A DNA stretch of 64,000 bases from assembly GCA_011109175.1 (NCBI GenBank), contig RDEW01000036.1:65583-129582 (forward strand), in the 5' to 3' direction. Of the stretch, positions 51,240 to 63,400 are shown in pieces (the first letter of the stretch is position 1; every line of letters begins with the position of its first letter). The notes below the pieces were generated by a model. The model had not been told where the DNA came from and searched no databases. It worked only from the letters and a program-made list of their open reading frames with translations. Source of the stretch: Dicyema japonicum (taxonomy: Eukaryota > Animalia > Dicyemida). A program made the position numbers and the translations under genes.

Positions 51240-53020
51240 ATCATTGTTTTATGAAGTTTGGTAACTCAGTCTCATTGGTATGTTTTTTGTAGGAAGAGAT
51301 AATAGCAGTAATCGAATTCCCAGGTGATATTTTCATGTGGTTTTTGAGGAATCATAGGTTCATATTGTCGAGGGTCTCCTGAACCCTTCGCCCAGCATTT
51401 TTATGTTATTGGTGTCTTGCTGCGACAAAGAGATCGTCGGCATAAGACAGAAGGATGGTATTTTGGATGTTCGGATTTGGATGGTCTCTTGTAAATAAAT
51501 TGAACAAGGTTGGTGATAAAGGGGATCCTTGAGGGACCCCGTTGAAGAGGTATCGTTGCCTTGATTTTCTATTATTCATGACAACTTGGCCTCTTTTACC
51601 ATTAATGAAATTGGCCATCCACATCTGGATTTTTTGATGGATATCGGTGTCAAAATTTTTTGTTGTTAGAGTTTTCCTCGGTACCGAATCAAACGCCTTC
51701 TCGATATCCAGAGCGACAAGTACCGTTATTTTATGTATTTTCAAGTAGTTCAGTCTATCCGAGATGAACTGAGTTAGTTTTGTTAGATGTGTTCAAGTTG
51801 AGTATCCCGATCTGAAGCCATGCTGTAAACTTGCAAGATCAAGCAAATGATTAATCGTGTGGAGGATTAATTTTTCCAATGTTCTTAAAAGGCCATAAAA
51901 AATCGATGTTGGACGATAACTCCGGGGGTCGTCTGAAGTTTTGTTCTTTTTAGGTATTGGATGTATAAGTGATCTTTTCCATGACGAGGGAATCTCATTT
52001 CTATTCACTGAGTAATTGAAAATCTCAGTAAGAGCATCGATTGCTATTGGCCCCAAGTGTTTCAATTCATTTATTGAAATGTCATCCGCCCCTTTGGATT
52101 TTATATTTTTCACGTATTTAATTGCATGAATACCTCCAGTGGTTTGAAATTTTCGATTTATGGATATTTTTTCTTTTTGTGATTCGGTTGATGATCCAGC
52201 TTCAAATATGGTTTGTGACTTAAACTGACAAAATTTCAAAGCAGCCTCCAATTTTTTTTAATTTCTGATCTTTTAAGTAATTTGCTTATTCAGATCTGTA
52301 ATGTCAGTATTCAAGGATGCTGTTTTATCAATAGTTTTCTTTAATCTACTTCTTCTTGCAATAAGGACTCTCGTTTCTACGTTGAATTTATCTAAAAAAG
52401 TCTTGAATCGCTCTATTGGAATAAACTTTTTTCGGGCTTTCAAAATCTTTTCATTAATAAATCCAACGGCCGCATCTATCGAGGAAAAATTCTCAAGCCA
52501 ATTCCCACGTGAGAAGTTGATTAAAGTATTGCGAGTTACATGAATCTTGTGTCATTCGGAGTGAGTGTAACTTTATTTTCACCATGAGTTGTTCTAACGG
52601 ATCTTCAGTGTCCATAAAGTTTGATATGTAATTTGAAGGGTCCACAACATTAATCTGACTATGAACAATGGTATGTAAACCTCCACCTCTTCCAAATTTT
52701 CGGTCTTTCCTGAGCACTTAATATCCAAAAATCGTTGGAGTTGAATCTCTATGAGTAAGCTTTGACTCTTGAATTAAAGCGATATCCACTGAGTTGTACT
52801 GAAAAAAATTGTTAAGTTCAATAATCTTTGTTCGAATTCCATTTATGTTGATTTGGGCAATAATCAATGGCGGTCCTGGATTTGGTTTGACATCGTCGGA
52901 AATAAGTAGTAGTGCACGACGCCATCCACGTCTCAATAAAGAAGAGATAGGGATTTTGCGGCTTTTTTTCACATAAATTATGCAATGCCACCACATCGTA
53001 GGTGAGCCACGCGACATTAT
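51240..53020 (-). mobile_element. Ingi-like single-ORF LINE with intact 5' end (HDV-like fold, 2A-like motif, APE, RT); 3' part missing
   Basis: LLLISDDVKPNPGP, QININGI, IQESKL, RKDR..GGGL, GADDI, SYRP, QHGFR, ALDIEKAFDSV, GVPQGSPLSP and SYADD. Confidence 0.9.
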
Positions 53021-53033
53021 TGTTACTTTGAAC

Positions 53034-53556
53034 TTATTATTATAGGCACGTACACGATGCCAAGATCATGACAAAGCATGTGCAACACGAAAAGTTAACA
53101 ATCTAATTAACGTCCCTCATCTTTTTCGATCCGTTGCCATGTTCCGTAGCGTATCCCGAGATCTTCATCTAGAATAACCGGCAGTGTTGTCCTCGGCCGG
53201 CCACGGAAACGAGAAGCTTCTAAGACAAAATACTCCTCCATTGCTATGTTGGCAGGGGTCCCCATATCGTGGCGGAGTATGTGTCCGAAGAGCCTCCATC
53301 TTGAATCAGTAATATCACATGATATTGGCTCAGTTCCTGCTCTCTTGTATAAGATTTCAAACTCCTTCGATTTTTTTCTCTTGGAGACATCCGATTAATA
53401 TCTTGTATTTTTAAAGGTCTTCACAAAGTTCTTTTCTTTTCCATGCACTAGAGAATCCTTTGACATTGAACGTTAGGAGGAAGAAGTCATTTAGGTTGCA
53501 ATTTTCGTGTTTTTCAGAGATACTTTTCAAGAGGGACGTCACCACCTCAACCAAAA
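53034..53556 (-). mobile_element. Non-autonomous RTE derivative, copy 2
   Basis: Near-identical to 20003-20520, with the same QETK-to-LYKR junction and TAA tail. Confidence 0.8.
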
Positions 53557-54259
53557 GACTTTGAACTTTTGATTAATAATTTATACCTTTAGTCATATAT
53601 TATATTAAATAATTTAGCGACTTTTTTATCCGACATGTGATTAGCCGTGTGGCGCCATGTGGTGTTACGTGGTTAATTGGTTGAAATTTTCTGCTTTCTT
53701 GTATGTTCCTCCTGTCTCTTCCCATTAGAGTGGCGTCATGTGATCCACCTGTCTAGGTGACACCCAGCTTCATTTGCTTTCCCCCACCCCACTGGAGGGG
53801 TTTCCACAACTGCATGGAATGGACGTCTTACCTTTTATGCTGATTCCGGATGGACTTCGTTTCTGTACAAGTGGAAACTGGATACACTCAATTAGTTGTT
53901 TACTTAACTTCTTTCTCGGTGTATCCGGGGTTAATAAATAAATTAATAATATTTAAAAAATATGTATATTTCAGATTTTCTTGTCTCGTCACCAGAATCG
54001 TGGAAATAATTGCGGCCGTTGTCGGCTGAGTAACTAAATTGCACAAATTGTAATCACATATTAGGCATCAGAGGACTATATGAGTTACATAATGATTACC
54101 GAATCTTACCATCAAAATCTCACCACAATTTAATTTAAAAATGTTATTATGTGAAAGACAATATGATGTGGGGCGTTTAATTAATATATTTGACAATTTG
54201 TTAATATGATAGTGTTGATAACAATTAAAGCAGTAGAATCCAGGAGCTATTAAGTACGG

Positions 54260-55520
54260 TAGACAAAGCTATCCAAAAATCACTCTATAACCCATCTAAT
54301 GGTCTGGAATAAGATCAAATCCGTCAGAACTACCACTGAACAACATCTTGAAGAAATCCATGTTCATCGCAACACTGACTGACTATTATGCTTTAGTATC
54401 ACACAAGGATTTCCCATAGATTACCGTGTTTACTTGAAGAGGATTAAACCAGAAACTCTACAGACTGGATCGTATTCTCCGGAAGTGATGTCCATCGGAC
54501 AATATCTATGACGCGCAACTATTGAGTCGGAGGACCGGATTCCATCTCACTATGGAACTGAGGCATAGCGCTTAAATGTTAGCTCCAATATTTAATACGT
54601 TGATAAATACGAATTGTATCCCGCAGGTTGAGAAGAGATCTCACATAAAACTAATTCGAAAGGCTGTCAAACCCGCAGAGGAACCTTCATCATATAGACC
54701 AATATCAATCCTATGCGCGGCTTCAAGAATTCTTTGAAAGATGGTCCTCGATTATATTCGAGGTGACATCCCAAAGTTTGCCTTCAGCGTGAGTTCCGAG
54801 CTAACAATTCAAATTCTACACACTTAACGACCCTCACCCAATTTATCTTAGAAGGATTTAACTCACCGAAGCCACATTTAAGGGCTGTTCTTGTTTCTTT
54901 TGACATACCAAAGCAGCAGTCCTAGGAAAGTCTCTAAGGATAATGATATTTGAAAGGATATTCACCCTAACCTTTAAGGATTACTCACTAACTTTCCAAG
55001 CGGAAGGCGTGGGCGGTAATCTATAACAACGTGAAATAGAGGACTTGCTTTCTCTCAAATGGGACGCCCCAAGAATCCCCACTATTGCCAACATGCCACA
55101 ACCCACAGACGATAACTGTGTCCTCCTTTCAAATGAAAAAGACATAGTCTGCAAGTGACTACGAAGTCGTCTCTTAAATGATTCAGAGTGCTCAATTGCT
55201 TAACCAAGTGGTTGGAAGGACTAATCCTGTATCTACAAAATCATTTGTGACCCTCTTTACTGCGGACAACATTATAAAAGGAGGCCTAAACCATGATTCG
55301 CAATGTAAAATCTCTTTTGCGACCGTACCAAACCATCTTGGAAGTGACGTTAAACCAAGGACTTTCCAAAAATATTAAGAATCGTACCACTGCGGCATTT
55401 ACGGGAATGAAGATCCTAAAGATAATCTCAAAAACCCTCGGAAGATACTGTCCGCAGTTCAGGAAGCTACCAAAAGGGTCGAAGCTTGAAGTCTGCCCTT
55501 CTAGAAGCAGTTTTGATTAG
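54260..55520 (+). mobile_element. Ingi/Jockey-like LINE RT region, degenerate
   Basis: WNKIKS, KPAEEPSSYRPISILC and EGFNSPKPHLRAVLVSFDI. Confidence 0.75.
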
Positions 55521-56106
55521 TCGATAACAGAAGACAGCTACTCTGCATAACTATGAAGCCATGAACGAATACTTTAAAAACACATCACTTACAAAATAAC
55601 CATATGTCCTCTATGACGTCGGATAGGACCTCTCACATGTCGGTCTGGGGTTACTTAGTTTGTAACTTTTTTTTTTTACCATGGTGATTATTGGGAATGG
55701 CAATAACCTGAGGAGACGTTCACTGCCTGGCCGTCAATAAAGATCCCTACTCTGATAGAGAAGTACCACAGTGGTTAATATTGATGATGTTTATGGTTGG
55801 AAAAGATGCGTCATATTCTGACAGTGGAAAATGGATTAAACTTCTTTTAGCTAAATCCGGGGTTATTAAAAAATTTCTTTTGGAGGACACATACTCACCG
55901 CCGACGGGTGATTTCCATTCTCAGTTTCCTGATGGAAATCCTCAACCCACAATAAGAAGCTGAATGATGTCTCTACTGAGCATAAAGAAGAAGGGTAATG
56001 AAGTACTCTTCCTGAAGGACTAAAAATCGCCATGCAAATCTATACGGGGGTTCCTGGATGTAAGTCGGGTTCACTGAATGAAGAAATAGGTTGGCTGTCT
56101 TCTCTA

Positions 56107-56430
56107 TATCAGAATTAAAACTTGTAGAAATCACTTCGGACATAAAGAGCCTTATGAGATACAACGATGATGGGGAAGAGTGCTCATTTACTAGAAGATT
56201 GCATATACAGACTACATGGAAAAACCACTGCTTTTACTATCATGTATATCCTCTGACTCTCCGCGTCATATCAGAATTAAAACTTGTAGAAATCACTTCG
56301 GACATAAAGAGCCTTATGAGATACAACGATGATGGGGAAGAGTGCTCATCTACTAGAAGATTGCATATACAGACTACATGGAAAAACCACTGCTTTTACT
56401 ATCATGTATATCCTCTGACTCTCCGCGTCA
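56107..56430. repeat. Tandem duplication, 2 x 162 bp
   Basis: Units 56107-56268 and 56269-56430; one substitution seen. Confidence 0.95.
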
Positions 56431-56497
56431 ACATTTGGCAGAATCAGCTCATTAGATGACTACTCTTTTACAGACTCGAACGGATTCTACGATTGAA

Positions 56498-56779
56498 ACT
56501 ATCTTATTGAAGTTGTTGATACGAAGGAATAGCTACGGATTCCTTCGGTTCAGTTAAAAAACAGGAAATCTACTATGTCGGGATTTTCTTAGAGATCCAT
56601 CCTTCGTCTATTTCCTTTGTAGGAAAAAACTTATACACACTATCTTATTGAAGTTGTTGATACGAAGGAATAGCTACGGATTCCTTCGGTTCAGTTAAAA
56701 AACAGGAAATCTACTATGTCGGGATTTTCTTAGAGATCCATCCTTCGTCTATTTCCTTTGTAGGAAAAAACTTATACAC
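56498..56779. repeat. Tandem duplication, 2 x 141 bp
   Basis: Units 56498-56638 and 56639-56779; apparently identical. Confidence 0.95.
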
Positions 56780-57206
56780 TTCCGGGGAGCGGAAATTTTT
56801 CTTTGGAACCCACAGATAGTCATCTTCGATTTTTTACAAAAACTTGGAGACATAATTTCCCACTTAAGGTCAGTCAAGCTGACAATCTTCTCTTAACTGC
56901 CATTTTGAAAAGCACTCAGTGCCTGGCCTAAATAAGGTGCAATTGAAAGTAAATAATTGTCTTTGAACATCTGCGTGGCTGTCACCAGAGACGATCCCGT
57001 CCAAGCTGAGAAATTGGAAGCGCAATGCTGTCCATGCAGGAGGATCCCCGTCTTGGAATTGCAACGAGTCCATTTTCAGCTGGTTCTTGACCTACTCTTT
57101 TGACGTCTTGTCCTCTTTTTCACAGTTATAGATAATTAAAACATAAATGGCAGATACTTGTGGGAATAGGAATGAAAACAACACCAATGGAATTAAATAA
57201 ATTAAA

Positions 57207-57875
57207 CTACTCCGAACTATCAGGTAGACTACAATCAGAGGACCGACTTATAAAGTCAGTCGGTCTCACCCATATCTCATTTCTAAGTACCTCACAAACG
57301 TCAGAGACCAACACCACGTCCAAATTAGTAAACAAATCCAAAAAAGTGGTAGTTGGCTGTGTCTTCTTCCAACTAATAAACGTCGGAGTCGATTGCAGTC
57401 GGTTTTGTTCGTTTATGGTGAACACATGTGACAGTTTGTTATCGAAAAAATAATCGTTCAGGTCAAAGAACTACGAATTCAACAAATATTCAACCATCGT
57501 GATTTCGAAAGACATTGGCTTGTCCTCAACGTCTTCCACATCCAGCAAAGCTAAGTGTTCGAAAATACCCACGTCATCGTTGGTGATGTGCTGAGAGATA
57601 GCAGGGTGGTTAGAAAACTAAAAGTGAGTCATCAATCAACCACTTTGAGACAAAAATGAGGAATCTTTTTGGCAAATTCACTACGTTTATTGTAGATTGG
57701 CCGACGAAGTTCGTAAAAGTCGTTCTCGATATTCAACATTTCATCAGCAGCTGCTCCATTTAGTTTCTCAATCTGTCGTTGAACCGCGTCTATTTTTCAA
57801 ATAATGTTCTCTATGTTTATATCTAACATTAGTTTGCATTATACCTGAATAATCAAACTTGACGACCATGGACAT
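57207..57875 (-). CDS. SET/TAF-I-like nucleosome assembly protein (NAP family); in-frame TGA near the N-terminus
   Basis: KIDAVQRQIEKLN..LRRPIYNKRSE..KIPHF..NHP..YFFDNKL..EVLRNEIWVRP matches the SET fold. Three introns of 22-24 nt. TGA at 57797-57799. Confidence 0.85.
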
Positions 57876-58024
57876 TACAAAAGACCGCTATTTTTAAATT
57901 AAATTTATTTTTAATATTTTTTTTCAAAATATTAATCTTAAAAATATAATTTGTTGAGCAATTGAAGTCTAGCGGATTTAGATAAATGAAATTTTTGATG
58001 TCTTGTTGCACCATGTGGTTTCGC

Positions 58025-58312
58025 CAAATGTCAAACTGATACGAAAAAGGATCATTTACTCACACCTATTCCATTGGAGGGGTTTCCACAACTGCATATT
58101 ATGGACTTTTTTTTATTTTTATGCTGATTCTGTACTGATTTTTGTGACGTTGAAGGACTGCTTCTGNCCCAATGCCAAACTGACACGAAAAAGGATCATT
58201 TACTTACACCCATTCCACTGGAGGGGTTTCCACAACTGCATATAATGGACGTGTCTTTTTACTTTTATGCTGGTTCTGTATTGATTATTATGACGTTGAA
58301 GGACTGCTTCTG
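58025..58312. repeat. Diverged ~145-bp tandem pair joined at an N; related sequence at about 53790-53930
   Basis: Shared core CAYTGGAGGG(G)TTTCCACAACTGCAT in three places. Confidence 0.7.
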
Positions 58313-59189
58313 TTAGAATGTAAACTGGATCACTTAATTAGTTTAATTGTTAACTTCTTTCTCTGTGTATCTGGGGTTAATAATGAACTTTGGTGTTGGT
58401 TGGAACTCTACGGACCTGCTCATCAAAAAATTAAATTAAAATTAATTCCAAACACCAAGGGTAACCAAACTAGCTAACTCCTCGATCCTGACTAGTTCTA
58501 GCATTCCAGAACTTGTCACCAGGATACGACATTGTCCCCGGGGAAGAATTGTTAGATCCTCTTGATGCCGGCCAAGTATTGGGCGCCTCATCAGTTAGGT
58601 GGATCTAGTGATGCTATCGGAAGAAGGAAAATACAACTACCCACGTAGCACCAATGACAAACTATCCACGTCTCACCACATGGGGCCAGGCTGTTAATAT
58701 AAATTCATGACAGTCTTTATTGCTCTGGGGTATCAGAATAAGCTGATATTAACTTTAATTAGGATTCAATATAAGTAAACATTGAAATAGTAATTTTAAT
58801 GGATTTTTATATATCGATTAAGATAGTCTGTTGTCATTTTAATGATATATCGATTAAGATCCTAGAAGACATTTCTAAGGCACAAATTACTCTTATTTGT
58901 TCACATTTTGTCTTTTCAAATAAAAAAATGTATGGCTAATGGCTCTTATACATGTACTCGTAAAGTAAACTGTAACTTTTCTGAAGAGAAGCACATTGAC
59001 AGCAGGCATCCAGAAAAGATTTTTCATTCCTATTCTATTTGAAAAATTCTCACAATGCAGATATGGATAGCGTAATGCTTGAAAAGGATGCGTATAAGCA
59101 TAAAGTAGGGAATTGGAAGTTTCAAAATCGAACAAGAAGTATATTTTAAGAAGATTCCTTATAGTTCTGCTGAACTAGACAAATTTTCT

Positions 59190-59760
59190 AATTAACTATT
59201 ACGCGTAGACGACGACAATTGACTTTGTTTCTTAACAAACCATTTACTTTTTATTGATAACCTCAAAATCGTTGCAGAGGAGATTCTCCAACTTTGCAAC
59301 TAACAGTCTTTACTGTCGTGTACAAGGCAAGTCAAATTTACAGAGAGTTAAAGATATCTGGGGTACTGGAGTACTAATCTAGTTATATATTAAGAGATAA
59401 TATAGGGAGAAGCACAAGAATGCCTTATCACAGTACAACTACTAAGTTAGCATGGAAAAAACTGCTGTCTCCTTTTGGTCAGAAGAAAAGTTACTGGAAT
59501 TTAAGACGAACCCGGGTCGCTGAATTTTGTTAAATATCCTAGGAAAACCCATATGACCAGGATCGTGGAGTTCTTATAATTAATGGATGATCAGCTAATG
59601 ATCTTCACAGGACATCGAAACATCCCTATATTAATGATCTTTGGAAATTAACTTGAGGGGTCGTCAACTTAGTTTGAATTAGAATATTTCTCCGTACATT
59701 AAGATACTCTTCTGCTTTCTTCAAAATAGAAATATGATTTTTCTTTATGTAAAATGAGTC
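59190..59760 (+). mobile_element. R4/Dong-like LINE fragment
   Basis: TNHLLFIDNLKI and YLGVLE. Confidence 0.65.
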
Positions 59761-59845
59761 TACATGAAGAATAGTTGATTATTCAGCAACTCAGCGTAAT
59801 TGGATGGCCTGCCGTGGTAATGACAAAGCTTGCCAACTCGAGAAA

Positions 59846-60075
59846 CTAGTAACAAGACATCTTCCTCCACTTTCTCTTGTCATTTACAACTTCACGTAAT
59901 CTATCCAGATCATCTCTCTTAAGCGTCTCCCAATCTTTTAGAGATCCCCATTGAAAACCATAGGGAGGGCAGTCCTTGGCGTCCACAGATAGGGGACTGT
60001 CAGAGACAAAGAAGTACTCCATAGTCACGTTAGTTTGGGCATCATGGTCACGAGTCCAAAAAGCCTCCATCTGTT
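59846..60075 (-). mobile_element. RTE LINE 3' fragment
   Basis: DLDRLREVVNDKRKWRKM, an RTE C-terminal signature like 9950 and 24540. Confidence 0.55.
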
Positions 60076-60164
60076 CTGCGATTTTTTATTTTATTTATTT
60101 AATCCAAGACCACGGTAAAACAAAACTAATTATCACGTGATCCCGATGCATTATAACAGAGACG

Positions 60165-60740
60165 TCATTTTCCCCAGTTGTTCTTCCTTCGTGCCCGCGC
60201 ATGAACGTACAGGCTGTCTAAATTTTCAGGGCCAACTTCCGATGATCTAGAGTCTAGTCTCATAAGGGCCTCCAGAGGCGTAGGTCCGGGTCGATGATCT
60301 TCAAAAATCCAACGATCCGTTACTCTGTAAGCCCTCTTTTGCATTTCCTCAATTTTCCTCATATTTGTCCAAGATATGGACGGACCCCACGAGGAGCATG
60401 CATATGAGAAACATGGCTCGATGTATTGTTTGTATACGTTCATCAAGACTGGGTGAGTACCACTCTTCCATATTCCCGATAAACTTTTCAATACGTTCAG
60501 TTTCTTCTCGCATTTCAATAGAATGTTTTCTACGTGAGGTGTTAAACAGAGATGCATATCAATTGTCACACCCAAGATCCTTTGACATCTGTGGAAAGGG
60601 ATGCCGACCTTGTTTAACTTCAAAGTGACTGTCTTCCTTCCCAATTTTTTGTCCGAGGTAAATAGTGACGTAGACAACTTCTCTGCATTCACCACGAGCC
60701 GGTTTTCTATTATCCAGGCATTAAGTATGTATCTTTTCTG
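60165..60740 (-). mobile_element. Ingi/Jockey-like LINE 3' fragment
   Basis: 176-aa ORF: VNAEK, RILGVTID and YKQYIEPCFSYACSSWGP. Confidence 0.85.
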
Positions 60741-60832
60741 CGATAAACTGAGGGTAAAGGTGAATATAATTTAATTTAAAAATAATGAAAATAGAAATCC
60801 TAATTCTAATTAAATTATGAAGTCAATTTAAA

Positions 60833-62986
60833 TTAAGGTGTCGGGGTGTATTTCCACGTGTCATAGACTAAATCAAAATCTTCTCCATCCTCACATTCTT
60901 CGTATGAAGGATTATTTCCTATTGATTTTAGATAAATCGGTTTAGGATATTCTCCGTCACTATCAGGACGTAGAATTGACCCCACAAAACGAATAAGTCT
61001 TTCGCGGTAGCAAGCTGAATTGGTAACAGAAATATTATTCTAAAATATCACATTAAAAACCTCTGAATGAATCACATGTTTTAAATTTTCCTCCAAAACT
61101 TTATTTCTACTGTACCACTGAAGAATATCAAAAAGCCCAAATCTGAGGTAGACCATTGAACCATTCAACGTTCTCGCTGGAATCAGGCAGTCACTTAGAT
61201 TTCGATCGCCTTCGCAAAGTCGCACCTTTTTCAACGTTGACATAAACTGCGATATGACTGAATAACTACCACTTCACAGGAATCCTGAATTCCCAGAAGC
61301 AGGCTGTAGTCAACGATGCTGAATTGTTGAAGTATCTAAAAAATATCAATGACAGACAACCATGGTGTCTCTTTCTAGGTTTTTCATGATCAGGTCAAAG
61401 TGTTCTTTTTTCAATAATAGTCCACTCGGATGGTGGTTCATAAAATCGCCTTCTTTATAAGTCGAGAAAACTTTTAGATTTTCCTCCTTACTGCAAAATC
61501 TTAAATTCCCCTTAAAATCATATTTTTCCCGAAAGTTGACGTCATCGGAAAATATGTTATTCATGACCAGGAATTTTTCGCTTTTATATCCCATCTAAGT
61601 TCAATAACTCATAACAAACGTTGTAACTGTAAAGTCCGTAATACTTTATGATTAAAGTGTCTTTGTTTAGCAGAAAATTCTGAAAACTCATAAAAACGAC
61701 CAACCACTAGATAAACTGAGGAAAATCTTTGGAACAAATCAAACTCGTCCTTGAAAAAAGTTTTCACTAATAATTTGCCGTCGGACGTCATGAATAGCTT
61801 CGACATGCTTTTCCCAGGATTATGATATGACTTCCAGGAATTTGCCAGGGAGTTCTACATCAAACGATTTTGTACTTTGAACGTGATGCTGTAATCATCA
61901 AACATTTGTCGCAACAGAAGGAAAAGTATTGGATACTCGACCAGCACTGTAAAATCCTCATTTACGTCAATTTCGAATTCTCGCCTAAAGTAAATGACTT
62001 AACGTACAGGGTGAAACATAAAGCTGTATCGTTCTTTGACAATTTTTCATTCTTAAAGCTGGCATATTCCCTCTCATTCTCACTAACAGAGAATGCTATT
62101 ACCTTACCAATGAATTCCAAAAATGGTTGGGCAAGATCCTGGAATAAGCCAATCTATAAAAACAGCTTTGGTGAGGTCGAATTGTCCTGATGAATTTCCA
62201 TCGAGACTCTTCAACCTCATCCTTTTATTTGTATTCCTTAGCCAATCAATATTTGCTGTTTTCGAGAATGTTGTGTCATCATCTGAGTTTAGACGTTCCA
62301 TTTGGTTATTAAACTCCACCACTTTATCTTCGTACAATTTTTGTTGCATAATTTTCCGCTCATTCGAAGAGGACCCATGAACGAGGTAAACTAACGAGTA
62401 AGGTATTCTACCAACAGTTTTTCTTGGCTAAGACGAATGAAGAATTTTTGAGAGACGAATTCAAGGTGTCATCTATCGTCATCTCGTAAAAGAATTTAAC
62501 ATTTAATTCTAAATTTTCTGCAAATAATATTTATTACAACTCAATTTATTCGATAATTCTTTTTCAACGTAAATTTTATCAGCATTCATCACAACACGTC
62601 TAATTTTCCTTAAAACGATATCTGGAGAGGGATCCTCCATCCATTCCTTTAACTTTGGGAAATCTGGGTGGATTTATCAATTTACCTGCAACCGGTATGT
62701 TCTTATCTTTGCTGTCCAAAATCGAGTTGACTACTTTCAGAAAATGGCCAGTTTCGTATAAACATGCCTTGGTATCGTCAATATACTCATCCTCATTTAG
62801 TTTAAAGATATAAAGGTTCATTCCTGCAAATTTGTACACATTTGGTGTTTTCTTACCATCAATCTAACGTTGTCATAGCAAAGCAACTGGGATGTTTTTT
62901 TCATCCAGATTATTTTTCATCAGGACTTGTTCTCTATGGCTTTCTTCCCATATGTACAACGTTAATTGGTCGTCTGTTTTTCTCAT
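60833..62986 (-). CDS. Type I phosphatidylinositol-4-phosphate 5-kinase with long unique N-terminus
   Basis: NPGKSMSKLFMTSDGKLLVKT, IKYYGLY, VMNNIF, KYDFKGN, RDT..IVDYSLLLGI, GLFDILQWY and CYRERL. About 11 introns of 21-25 nt. A further upstream exon is possible. Confidence 0.9.
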
Positions 62987-63269
62987 TTTTGCTGTCTAAA
63001 ATAAAAATTAATGATTTCGAACTATCAATCCAGTCTGCCCGATAATATTTGATTTTTACTTATTTTATATGCTAACATTCAGAAATCCGAAACTCTCAAA
63101 TATTGAGATTTTATATTTCACCGGTTTGTGTTTCACTTTAGTTTATATTTCCGTATTTTTAAATATTGCTACCTCATTTCCTAAATATATTCTAAACGGG
63201 TAGACTGTTTGTTAAAGACGTCGAGAGCTAGACAAGGAAAACAAATGGTATATCAGAGGAGGTATTCAA

Positions 63270-63400
63270 ATGTTCAGGATGACCAAACCCCAATGTCGCG
63301 GATGATTTGGAGTCTGGGAAGATCAGTCTTGTTGAAGACAGCCTGGTAGGATGTTTGGTTTTGGAATTTCTCCATAGAATAATTCAGCTGAGAAAAGGGA
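63270..63400 (-). mobile_element. CR1/L2-like RT remnant
   Basis: IIRDIGVWSS resembles the RDLGV motif. Confidence 0.35.

Noticed and set aside
54230-54250. NPGA as a second 2A-like motif
   Set aside because: It is preceded by a stop, lacks DxE, and lies in the linker before RT rather than before APE.
56107-56779. CRISPR-like array
   Set aside because: These are whole-unit tandem duplications without unique spacers, in eukaryotic context.
58025-58312. ~145-bp tandem repeat as a biological array
   Set aside because: The two units meet exactly at the only N (58167), which suggests an unmerged contig or haplotype overlap.
58550-58610. Hammerhead-like CTGATGA plus stem on the minus strand (also CTGATGA near 2242)
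   Set aside because: The GAAA core and UH cleavage triplet are missing, and stem I does not abut the core.
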